A stretch of 59,777 bases of DNA, the filler included. It is 5 parts of 5 records of this genome, joined end to end, with 100 filler letters (N's around TTAATTAATTAA, not from the genome) between each part and the next. Parts side by side here need not be neighbours in the genome. Positions count along the whole stretch, not along the records: positions 6,410 to 28,287 come from SRR22947727_2770; 4 more parts are not named here. One strand, given 5' to 3'. The notes beneath the pieces were generated by a model. The model was not told the origin of the DNA. It did not search any database and worked only from the letters and a program-made list of their open reading frames with translations. Both the position numbers and the translations under genes were made by a program. This document shows, piece after piece, positions 8,634 through 17,407 of the stretch (the stretch's first letter is position 1; every line of letters starts with the position of its first letter).

Positions 8634-9341
8634 ATGCCGATAAACACCGCTTTGCAAAACTTAGAGGCTATTCGCGACAAACGGGGTTATCTACTCCCCC
8701 ATCACGGCTTGCTCGCGCTTTCTGCGCCAAATCTATTGCAGCAATACGATGATCTTTACTCTTCGCTCGCGCTCACCGATCGATACCTCAATCGGCATGA
8801 TCATGAGTTTGTTTGGCTGGGCGTATTGATGAGCACCCAAGAAGCACTCGGCACACATCACGTGCAGCGCTTTCTCGACGCGGGTGGCACCCCTGATGAA
8901 CTCGGTAGCGCAGCGGCGATCACTGCCATCGCCACTGGTAGTCGTCATCATCTCTTTATCGAGGACCACTGGACGCCCCACCTGCCGGAAGTCAGTCCTG
9001 CACAACAGTACCTCACCCTGTTTAACAAGATGACAACTGACATCGCTGCACCCCTCGCCCATATCACTGCCTGCGCGGTGCATACCTGCGTCGGCAACTG
9101 GCGAGCATTGGACTGGCAAATACGCGCAGCCTATGCAGCCCAAACCGAGGAGCTCTTATTGGCAGAAGCACTGTCGCTTGCGATGTTTCCGGGCAGTATT
9201 CCCCACTACGTTCATGCGGCAGACGTTTGGCGGCGCATTATCCTCAGCGAGGAAGTCGTGGCGTCGGAACCCTTTCAACAATGGGCGTCACTCAGCGGTC
9301 AAGGAGGCTTCGACGAGGCATCCCACGTGAAACAGCCCTAA
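8634..9341 (+). CDS. Carboxymuconolactone decarboxylase/AhpD-like tandem-domain protein
   Basis: Helical CMD-like repeats (LNRHDHEFVWLGVL...HHVQRFLDAGGT; IRAAYAA...LAEAL). The likely ATG is at 8634, after GGGAG. Confidence 0.65.
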   Translation: MPINTALQNLEAIRDKRGYLLPHHGLLALSAPNLLQQYDDLYSSLALTDRYLNRHDHEFVWLGVLMSTQEALGTHHVQRFLDAGGTPDELGSAAAITAIATGSRHHLFIEDHWTPHLPEVSPAQQYLTLFNKMTTDIAAPLAHITACAVHTCVGNWRALDWQIRAAYAAQTEELLLAEALSLAMFPGSIPHYVHAADVWRRIILSEEVVASEPFQQWASLSGQGGFDEASHVKQP

Positions 9342-9443
9342 TGTTTAACGCCTGCGCTGAAAAAGCGCTCGTTACGTAGCCCTGAATAGATCGTAGAATC
9401 ATGTTAAAACTGCACGCCCCAATATTGATAAGGAGTCGCCATC

Positions 9444-9794
9444 ATGTCGCGAGTCGTTGTGTCCGGAATCGTTGAATTTCCCCCCGAAGCACGGGAAGAA
9501 GCATTGACCAAAGCTAAGGCGCTCATTGAGGGAGCCTACACAGAGCAGGGTTGCGTTCATTATCATTGGACAGCAGACCTTAACCACCCTGGGCGAGTCA
9601 TCGTTTTTGAAGAGTGGGAATCTGGGACTGACCTTGAAGCGCACCTCAAAGGTGACTGGTATCGAGACATGTTTGCGCATCTATCTCAGTACACTATTTT
9701 GAGCGCCGAGATCAATAAATACAGGGTGACGCTCAAGGAACTGGTCTATGGTGATGATGGTATCGCCAGCGGATACTTCTCCGACGAAAAATAA
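9444..9794 (+). CDS. Putative quinol monooxygenase (ABM domain)
   Basis: It has EQGCVHY and VFEEWES..DLEAH, with an AAGGAG RBS. Confidence 0.85.
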   Translation: MSRVVVSGIVEFPPEAREEALTKAKALIEGAYTEQGCVHYHWTADLNHPGRVIVFEEWESGTDLEAHLKGDWYRDMFAHLSQYTILSAEINKYRVTLKELVYGDDGIASGYFSDEK

Positions 9795-9890
9795 GGTGAT
9801 CCGGCCGCTCCGGCAGTGGCACAAAACCCCGTGTAAAGATGACGCTACCTTAATACGCCCGCTTTGCGTCAGTCACCGATAGAACGCTGA

Positions 9891-11243
9891 CTAAGACGGC
9901 GCCTTCCAGGATTGTATCTTACGGTAAATGGTCGACGGCGCGACTTGAAGGCACTTCGCAGCACGATTAATACTGCCGTCGCACTCGGCGATGGCGGCTT
10001 CAATGGCTATTTTTTCTGTGAGCCAGAGGGGCTGGATGCCTGGCTCATCAGAGGCTCGGTAGTCGATAGACGCCGCATCAGACAGACCATCCGTATCGAC
10101 TGCCATTTCAGTCCCGGAGATCATCCGATAAACCGACGCCTCATCGATGTGATGCGCTGATTCAGTGAGTACCAGCTGCCTGATCGCATTTTCCAGTTGC
10201 CTGACATTTCCAGGCCATGAGTAGTGTCGTAGCGCGTTCGTGGCCTCGTTGCTCAGAGCACTTTGCGCCTTGCCCTCCTCTTCGCTGATACGCAACAAGA
10301 ACCTTTCAGCCAACAGCACAATGTCATCTGCTCTCTCACGCAGCGGCGGCATTCGCAGCGGCACAACGTGAAGGCGATAATAAAGATCTTCTCGCAGACG
10401 GCCTTCACGCATCTCAAAAAGAGGATCACGATTCGTGGAGGCAATAATACGGACGTCAGCCGTTACTTCGCGGGTCGCGTCGACTGGCCGATACGTGCCG
10501 TGCTGGATCAGTCGCAAGAGCATCGACTGTGCTTCGAAGTTCAAACTGCAGACTTCGTCGAGAAAGAGTGTCCCCGCATCAGCCTGCGCCACCAGTCCAT
10601 CTGGCGCAGCATCACTTTTGCCAAATAAGGCACGCTCGAGTTGATCGGCGGTTAGCGCAGCGCAATCCACCACCACAAAAGACGCTGGTGCGCGCGCTGA
10701 CAACTGATGAATGGCTCTTGCCGCCAGCTCCTTGCCGGTACCGCTTTCTCCCATGAGAAAAGCCGTGGCTCGGGTTCCCGATAATAGCTCAACCGTATCA
10801 AATACGGCCTGCATCGCAGAAGACTGGCCTACCAAGGGCCCCAGAGTCTCGCGCTTGACGGATAACTGCTCAACTTGCCGCCGCAGCTTGAGCTTATCGG
10901 CAGCGTTGAGTAGCGTGACGCGTAATCTTGCCGCGTCAAAAGGCTTACTGAGAAAATCGGTCGCACCACGACGCATCGCTTGCTCGGCATATTCAGCACC
11001 GTGCCCTGTCATCACGACGACTGCTGGCTGGGGCGAGAGGCGCTTCACGTCCTCCAACAAATCTAAGCCATTACCATCGGGCAGTTCGATATCCAGCAAA
11101 ATGAGTTGCGGCGCAGAGTGGCTCAGCTGTTGTTGCGCAGCAGAAAGTGTTTGCACAGAGGATACGTCAAGACCGCTGCCATCAAGATACCGCGCGTATA
11201 TCTCGCAGAGTGTCGCACTGTCCTCAACAATGAGGGTTTTCAC
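9891..11243 (-). CDS. LuxO-like response regulator (REC-AAA+-Fis HTH) lacking the GAFTGA loop
   Basis: It has a receiver domain (LLDIELPD), GESGTGKE, FLDE, REDLYYRL and a LuxO-like tail (PLWLTEK..IE.AI..C.G.I.RAA..L.V.PSTIYRK). GTG start with AGGAGG. Confidence 0.85.
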   Translation of the reverse strand: MKTLIVEDSATLCEIYARYLDGSGLDVSSVQTLSAAQQQLSHSAPQLILLDIELPDGNGLDLLEDVKRLSPQPAVVVMTGHGAEYAEQAMRRGATDFLSKPFDAARLRVTLLNAADKLKLRRQVEQLSVKRETLGPLVGQSSAMQAVFDTVELLSGTRATAFLMGESGTGKELAARAIHQLSARAPASFVVVDCAALTADQLERALFGKSDAAPDGLVAQADAGTLFLDEVCSLNFEAQSMLLRLIQHGTYRPVDATREVTADVRIIASTNRDPLFEMREGRLREDLYYRLHVVPLRMPPLRERADDIVLLAERFLLRISEEEGKAQSALSNEATNALRHYSWPGNVRQLENAIRQLVLTESAHHIDEASVYRMISGTEMAVDTDGLSDAASIDYRASDEPGIQPLWLTEKIAIEAAIAECDGSINRAAKCLQVAPSTIYRKIQSWKAPS

Positions 11244-11319
11244 GTCAGGTCTGCCTCCTGCGGATACGCAACGGTCAGCGCGGATTTCTCCGGCAATCGG
11301 CCATCGTCATGATTTCAGA

Positions 11320-12363
11320 TCAGTCGGAGGTTAACAGTTTTTCGTCGCTCTGGGCGTGAATCCAGTAAAGAACCGCAGTGAGTAATAAGACTGCACCGAC
11401 CTGATGTGTCGCCGCCACCGGGATTGCCACGTGGGTCATCACGGTACCAATTCCGAGTAAAAGTTGTCCTGTGAGGACTCCCAGCATTAGCATGGCACTC
11501 CGCCGGGATCGCGCGTTATCAGCAGTGCGTATCGTCTGCACGCTAAAAAAGATCACTAAGAGGGCTACCACATAAGCCAGCATGCGATGATTAAAATGAA
11601 TCGTCGCCACCCCTTCAAAGGTCGCTTGCCATCCCTGCGCGTAGTATCCGGCAGGGACAAACGTTTCACCCATTAATGGCCAAGTGGGGTAAGCAAAACC
11701 CGCGTCAGTCCCTGCCATAAAACCACCGGACAGAATCAGCGTGTAGACCCCGACTAATAGAATACCCCCCGGCAGCCCGAGATGTCTCAGCGCGGGAGAC
11801 AATCCGGCTCCAACCCGCAACAGCACCCACATCATCAAGGCATAAATGGCCACCGCCACCCCCAAGTGTGCAGTCAGTCGATATTGTGACACCGACGGCC
11901 GATCGACCAGCCCGCTTTGCACCATGTACCACCCAAGGAGTCCCTGAGCCCCCCCTAGCACTAACAGTAAGATGAGTGTCGGCAGCAGTTGCGGTGCGAT
12001 CATTCGCTTTAGCGCAAAAACGACCAGGGGTACGAAATACATGAGACCGATCAACCGCCCCAGCACACGGTGTAAATACTCAAACCAAAAAATCTGCTTA
12101 AAACCGCCAAGATCCATCTCTTGGTTAATTTTTAAGTATTCGGGATATTGCTGATAGGTCTCAAAAGTTTTAATCCACTGCGCTTCACTGAGCGGTGGTA
12201 TCACCCCCATGATAGGGCGCCAGTCGACCATCGATAAACCCGATTCAGTCAACCGTGTCACGCCGCCCAATAAAATCATTCCCAAGATGGTGGCAGCACA
12301 AATTGCCAACCATCCCGCGATCCAACGTGCATTTTGTTGCGCATCGACTGTTGTCGCTGTCAT
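11320..12363 (-). CDS. ctaA: Heme A synthase (COX15/CtaA, type 2)
   Basis: It has GGVTRLTESGLSM, EYLHR, GWYMVQSGL, RLTAHL and HFNHR. Confidence 0.95.
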   Translation of the reverse strand: MTATTVDAQQNARWIAGWLAICAATILGMILLGGVTRLTESGLSMVDWRPIMGVIPPLSEAQWIKTFETYQQYPEYLKINQEMDLGGFKQIFWFEYLHRVLGRLIGLMYFVPLVVFALKRMIAPQLLPTLILLLVLGGAQGLLGWYMVQSGLVDRPSVSQYRLTAHLGVAVAIYALMMWVLLRVGAGLSPALRHLGLPGGILLVGVYTLILSGGFMAGTDAGFAYPTWPLMGETFVPAGYYAQGWQATFEGVATIHFNHRMLAYVVALLVIFFSVQTIRTADNARSRRSAMLMLGVLTGQLLLGIGTVMTHVAIPVAATHQVGAVLLLTAVLYWIHAQSDEKLLTSD

Positions 12364-12453
12364 GATCCCGCCCCCCTAGCTTGCTCATTCTAGCGAAAAC
12401 CGTGCACAAAGTGCGTTGTAACGTAAACTGAAGGCCGTCGTAGGAGACCTTTT

Positions 12454-14361
12454 GTGCCACTCATCAGACTCAATCAAATCGAATTCAGCATCGGCACACA
12501 GATGCTATTGGACAAAGTTAGCCTGTCGCTAGAAAAAGGCGACCGACTCGGTTTGCTGGGCCGTAATGGCGCTGGAAAGTCTACCTTACTGCGCATCTTG
12601 TCTGGTGAATTGCTGCCAGAAGATGGCGAACGCTGGGTGGATCCCAATATTCAGGTCACTCGACTGGAACAGGCGCTACCCGACAATCTAGATCTCACAA
12701 CCTATGAGTACGTGGCGACTGGACTGGCTGAGGTGGGAGCCTTGCTCAGTCGCTACCATTCGTTGGCCGCAGACGGTTCGGCCGATGCACTGAACCAACT
12801 CAGTGACATACAGGAACAACTTGAACATGCGGATGGATGGTCTCTAGACCAGCGTATTGCGCGAGTACTGGATCAGCTTGACCTCACCGCGACTGATCCA
12901 CTGTCGGTCTTATCGGGGGGTTGGCGGCGGCGCGTCGCGCTGGCACGGGCACTCGTGAGCGAACCCGATGTGCTGCTGCTCGATGAGCCGACTAATCACC
13001 TCGATATCCCCTCGATCGACTGGTTAGAGCAACAGGTCCAACAATTTGGGGGCGCGATCGTCCTCATTACCCACGACCGCCGGTTTTTGCAGAGAGCGTG
13101 CACCCATATCGGCGAACTCGACCGAGGTCACTTGGCGTTATGGGAGTGTGACTATGAGCGATTTCTGTTTCTGCGTGATCAACAAGCCGCCGCCGAACAG
13201 CGTGCGGATGCATTATTTGATAAAAAATTAGCACAAGAAGAAACCTGGATCAGACAGGGTATTAAAGCGCGCAGAACGCGTAATGAGGGACGAGTCAGAG
13301 CGCTAGAGAGCATGCGTGATGAACGCAGTCAGCGGAGAGCCGCTCAGGGTAAGGGACAATTTCGTCTTGAAGAAGCGGCACGCTCTGGCAAACGAGTTGT
13401 CGAATTGGAGCAGGTCTCATTCCGCTACGGGGAAGAGACGATTGTGGATAACTTCTCAACCATTATTCAGCGTGGTGATCGGATCGGTATTGTGGGTGGA
13501 AATGGCGTCGGTAAAAGTACGCTCATCAAACTGCTGCTGGGCGAACTGAGCCCCAACGAGGGTCAGGTTTCTTTGGGAACCAAACTGGAGGTCGCCTATT
13601 CGGATCAACTGCGAGGAGAACTCGATCCCGAAAAAGACCTCATTGACAACGTCTGTGGCGGTCAGCAATTCATCGAAATCAATGGCCAGCGCCGCCACGC
13701 CATCAGTTATCTCAGTGATTTCCTCTTTACCCCCGAGCGAATTCGTACCCCAGTGAAAGCGCTCTCGGGTGGTGAAATTAATCGTGCCATTCTCGCGCGG
13801 CTTTTTACCCGGGCGGCCAATCTTCTGGTGCTGGATGAGCCCACCAACGACCTTGATATCGAGACACTCGAGTTGCTCGAAGAAATCCTGCTTGATTTTA
13901 AAGGCACAGTGCTTCTGGTCAGTCACGACCGACACTTTATGGACAGAGTGGTCACCAGCCTATTAGTCATGCCTGGCGGCGGTAACATTGAGGACCAAGC
14001 AGGGAGTTATTCCGACTGGGAGGCCCGTGGTGGCCAGATTTCGGGGTCATCGCTGATCAAAAAATCACCGACCCAAGCCGCCTTAAGTGAGCCCGATGCT
14101 CAGGTCGCAGCTCAAAAATCTGTCGGAACGGTATCGGGAAAACAGCGAAAACTCAGTTATCAGGAGCAACGGGAGCTGAAGGGACTGCCCGCCCAGATTG
14201 AGGCGCTAGAGCAGCAGCACGCGGCCTTGCTCATCACCATTTCAGCGCCAGATTTTTATGACCAAACACCCGAGCAGGTTGCGATGACACTGACGACGGT
14301 CACCGAATCAGAGCAGGCGCTCGATCACGCGCTAGAAAGGCTGGTGACGCTGGAGGGTTAA
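12454..14361 (+). CDS. uup: ABC-F family ATPase Uup
   Basis: Two ABC domains (GRNGAGKS, LLDEPTNHLD; GGNGVGKS, LDEPTNDLD), IRQGIKARRTRNEGRVR, and a C-terminal KLSY coiled coil. Confidence 0.93.
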   Translation: MPLIRLNQIEFSIGTQMLLDKVSLSLEKGDRLGLLGRNGAGKSTLLRILSGELLPEDGERWVDPNIQVTRLEQALPDNLDLTTYEYVATGLAEVGALLSRYHSLAADGSADALNQLSDIQEQLEHADGWSLDQRIARVLDQLDLTATDPLSVLSGGWRRRVALARALVSEPDVLLLDEPTNHLDIPSIDWLEQQVQQFGGAIVLITHDRRFLQRACTHIGELDRGHLALWECDYERFLFLRDQQAAAEQRADALFDKKLAQEETWIRQGIKARRTRNEGRVRALESMRDERSQRRAAQGKGQFRLEEAARSGKRVVELEQVSFRYGEETIVDNFSTIIQRGDRIGIVGGNGVGKSTLIKLLLGELSPNEGQVSLGTKLEVAYSDQLRGELDPEKDLIDNVCGGQQFIEINGQRRHAISYLSDFLFTPERIRTPVKALSGGEINRAILARLFTRAANLLVLDEPTNDLDIETLELLEEILLDFKGTVLLVSHDRHFMDRVVTSLLVMPGGGNIEDQAGSYSDWEARGGQISGSSLIKKSPTQAALSEPDAQVAAQKSVGTVSGKQRKLSYQEQRELKGLPAQIEALEQQHAALLITISAPDFYDQTPEQVAMTLTTVTESEQALDHALERLVTLEG

Positions 14362-14366
14362 CGATG

Positions 14367-15554
14367 TCAGAGGACCGCTGACACGGCGTCAACTACACGA
14401 TCCATATTTAGGGCGTTGAGCCCCGCAATATTGATGCGTGAAGAATCCAATAGGTAGACCGATTTTTCGGCTCGGAGTCGCTGAGCCTGCTCGACGCTGA
14501 GGCCCAGAAAAGAGAACATGCCATGCTCCTCACCGATAAACGCAAAATCTCGATCTGTTTTGCTGATCAAGGCATCACAAAATTCACGTCGTAAGCCGTT
14601 TATTCGCTGACAGATTTGAGCCAGCTCGGTTTCCCACTGACCGCGTAAGGCTGGGGAAGACAGCACCCGGCCCGCTAGCAACGCGCCATGAGCAGGCGGC
14701 ATCGAATAAACACGCCTCGCAGCAGAAACAGCCTGACTCGCCATCGCCTCAGCGGCACGCGCGTCGCCACCCAGAAACATCACCGCACCTGCCCGCTCGC
14801 GGTAAAGGCCAATATTCTTTGATGAGGACACTGCGATAATCATCTCGGGCACATGATCGATCAAACAGCGCAGTCCGGTTGCATCTTCATTGAGCCCCGC
14901 GCCCATCCCTTGATAGGCAAAATCGATCATCGGCACTAATGCGCGTTCAGCCATAAAAGTAGCTAGTGCTTGCCATTGCTCTGAGCTTGGATCGACCCCA
15001 CTCGGGTTGTGACAACAGCCATGCAATAACACAACGTCTCCAGGCGAGGCGGCCTCAAGATCCTCCAGCATAGCGGTAAAGTCGAGTCCTCTGATGGCAG
15101 GCGAATAATAGCGGTAGCTTTTCAACTGCAACCCAACCGAACCCATCAATGGAATATGCACTGGCCAAGTCGGATCACTGACCCAAACCGTCGTATCGGG
15201 CGCCGCAGCGAAGATAACCTCCGCACCCAGTCGAACGGCCCCACAACCACCGGGAGTCTGTATTGCTGTGAGTCGATCCGACAGTGTTGCACCCCGTTCC
15301 GCTCCCACCACCAAAGATTGCACACCCTGAAGATAGGCTGCATCACCCTGAGGTGGCATATAGACTTTAGTCATCTCTTCTTGCACGAGGTCTTGCTGCG
15401 CCTGCTGCACTGCCTCAAAAACCGGACAAAGGCCTGTCTCATCCATATAGACTCCTAGGGTGAGGTCGACTTTATCGGGATTGCTATCCGCGCGGCATGC
15501 AGCCGCCAAGCCGAGAATGGAATCAGGTGGAAGCACAGCAAGAGAATCAAACAT
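14367..15554 (-). CDS. tyrB: Aromatic amino acid/aspartate aminotransferase
   Basis: It has DLTLGVY, QTPGGCGA, LHGCCHNPSG, DFAYQG, SKNIGLYRER and SRINIAGL. It could be aspC or tyrB. Confidence 0.88.
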   Translation of the reverse strand: MFDSLAVLPPDSILGLAAACRADSNPDKVDLTLGVYMDETGLCPVFEAVQQAQQDLVQEEMTKVYMPPQGDAAYLQGVQSLVVGAERGATLSDRLTAIQTPGGCGAVRLGAEVIFAAAPDTTVWVSDPTWPVHIPLMGSVGLQLKSYRYYSPAIRGLDFTAMLEDLEAASPGDVVLLHGCCHNPSGVDPSSEQWQALATFMAERALVPMIDFAYQGMGAGLNEDATGLRCLIDHVPEMIIAVSSSKNIGLYRERAGAVMFLGGDARAAEAMASQAVSAARRVYSMPPAHGALLAGRVLSSPALRGQWETELAQICQRINGLRREFCDALISKTDRDFAFIGEEHGMFSFLGLSVEQAQRLRAEKSVYLLDSSRINIAGLNALNMDRVVDAVSAVL

Positions 15555-15668
15555 AGGCAAGGCTCGGAACATAAGACAATAACAGGGAGCGAATTATGCG
15601 GGACTAGCCGACAAAGCGACAAGCCCTGTTATCCTTCACTCTCCTCTACCTTCACCCTCAGCTGCGCT

Positions 15669-16412
15669 ATGACAAAACCCTCTGCCCCTATTCGTGATGA
15701 GTTGTTCGCAGAACCGCTAACGCAAACTGGCCTGTTCACCTTTAATGAGTCAGTCGCAGGCGTATTTCCCGACATGATCAATCGATCCGTACCCGGGTAT
15801 GCGACGGTCATAGCAATGACCGGCGTGCTAGCGGCGCAACATGCCCGTCCCGATTCAGCGATTTATGACCTCGGATGCTCATGGGGCGCCTCTTTGTTAT
15901 CCGTGGCACGCAAAATCGACCATCCCTCTTGCCAACTGATTGGCATCGACAATTCAGAAGCCATGGTCAAGAGGGCTCGCCTGAACCTGCAGGAGCAACT
16001 CGGCGACCACCGCGTGTTGTTGCAGGAAGGCGATATCATGGACATGCAACTACACAACGCCAGTGTGGTGATTCTGAACTACACCTTGCAGTTCATCCCG
16101 ATAAAACAACGCGAAACCCTCCTCAAGCGAATTCGCAGTGCCATGCAACCGGGTGACGTTCTCATTTTATCTGAGAAACTCACGTTACCCGATCCACAAT
16201 TGAACGATTACCTCATTGACCTGCATCACAACTTTAAACGGCAGCAGGGCTACAGCGATCTCGAAATAGCACAAAAGCGACAAGCGCTTGAGGATGTGCT
16301 GATTCCCGAGACACGTCAGCAACATGTCGAACGATTACGCCAAGTGGGTTTTAGCCGCTGCGATATTTGGTTTCAGTGCCTCAATTTTGCCTCGCTCATT
16401 GCCATCGCATGA
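15669..16412 (+). CDS. cmoA: Carboxy-S-adenosyl-L-methionine synthase
   Basis: It has FPDMINRSVPGY, YDLGCSWG, NYTLQF and GYSDLEIAQKR. Confidence 0.96.
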   Translation: MTKPSAPIRDELFAEPLTQTGLFTFNESVAGVFPDMINRSVPGYATVIAMTGVLAAQHARPDSAIYDLGCSWGASLLSVARKIDHPSCQLIGIDNSEAMVKRARLNLQEQLGDHRVLLQEGDIMDMQLHNASVVILNYTLQFIPIKQRETLLKRIRSAMQPGDVLILSEKLTLPDPQLNDYLIDLHHNFKRQQGYSDLEIAQKRQALEDVLIPETRQQHVERLRQVGFSRCDIWFQCLNFASLIAIA

Positions 16413-17401
16413 CACTCCCTCCTGAATTAGTTGCTGACTGGGAGCAACTCAATGCTCGCTGGCAAAAAACACCGCTCCAACCTTGGTTAACACTGCTACC
16501 CGAGCAACTCAAATCGGGATTGTCGCCGCAGCGTTTCGGTGACTTACCGAGATGGCGCGAGGCACTGTTAAGCCTACCGGCACTTCCCAAAGGGTGGGTA
16601 CAACTCACCTCAGCTCGAGTCGGGCTGTCGGGTGAGGCGACCGCGTCAACGCTCGCCACTCTTCGGGTCGCCTTAATGGGTCTGCATCCTTGGCGGAAAG
16701 GCCCTTTTGAGCTGTGTGGACTGCACGTGGACACAGAATGGCGATCAGATTGGAAATGGAATCGCCTTGAACCTGCATTGGAATCGCTCGCCGGCAAGCG
16801 AGTGCTTGATGTCGGTTGCGGTAATGGCTATCACTGTTGGCGGATGCTCGGAGCGGGGGCGGCGGAAGTCATTGGCATTGACCCAACGCCGCTCTTCATT
16901 CTTCAATTCAAGGCCCTACAACACTATTTGCAGCAAGACCCTATTCATGTCCTGCCGCTGACGCTGGAAGACATGCCCCAGGACTTACCCGCCTTTGACA
17001 CCGTCTTTTCAATGGGGGTGCTCTATCACCGGCGGGACCCCCTCGCCCACCTCACTAGCCTAAAGCGCAAGCTCGCACCGGGAGGACAACTGCTCCTCGA
17101 AACATTGGTCGTCGAGGGTGATCACACCACTGTGCTGGAACCCACTGGGCGCTACGCCCGTATGGGTAACGTGTGGCACTTGCCCAGTCCAACCCTTGCG
17201 CGTGATTGGATGACCGAGGTCGGTCTGACCGACGCCACAGTGATCGATGTCGGCCCGACTTCAGTAGAGGAGCAGCGCAGTACACAGTGGATGACGTTTC
17301 ACTCGTTGTCTGACTTTTTAGACCCGCAAGACCATCGGCTGACTGTGGAGGGTTACCCCGCACCCAGACGCGCTATTCTCACAGCAAGAGCGCCAGGGTA
17401 A
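16409..17401 (+). CDS. cmoB: tRNA U34 carboxymethyltransferase
   Basis: It has PWRKGPF, DTEWRSDWKW, LDVGCGNGYH and SMGVLYHRR, with an ATGA overlap with cmoA. Confidence 0.96.
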   Translation: MTLPPELVADWEQLNARWQKTPLQPWLTLLPEQLKSGLSPQRFGDLPRWREALLSLPALPKGWVQLTSARVGLSGEATASTLATLRVALMGLHPWRKGPFELCGLHVDTEWRSDWKWNRLEPALESLAGKRVLDVGCGNGYHCWRMLGAGAAEVIGIDPTPLFILQFKALQHYLQQDPIHVLPLTLEDMPQDLPAFDTVFSMGVLYHRRDPLAHLTSLKRKLAPGGQLLLETLVVEGDHTTVLEPTGRYARMGNVWHLPSPTLARDWMTEVGLTDATVIDVGPTSVEEQRSTQWMTFHSLSDFLDPQDHRLTVEGYPAPRRAILTARAPG

Positions 17402-17407
17402 AGGGGC

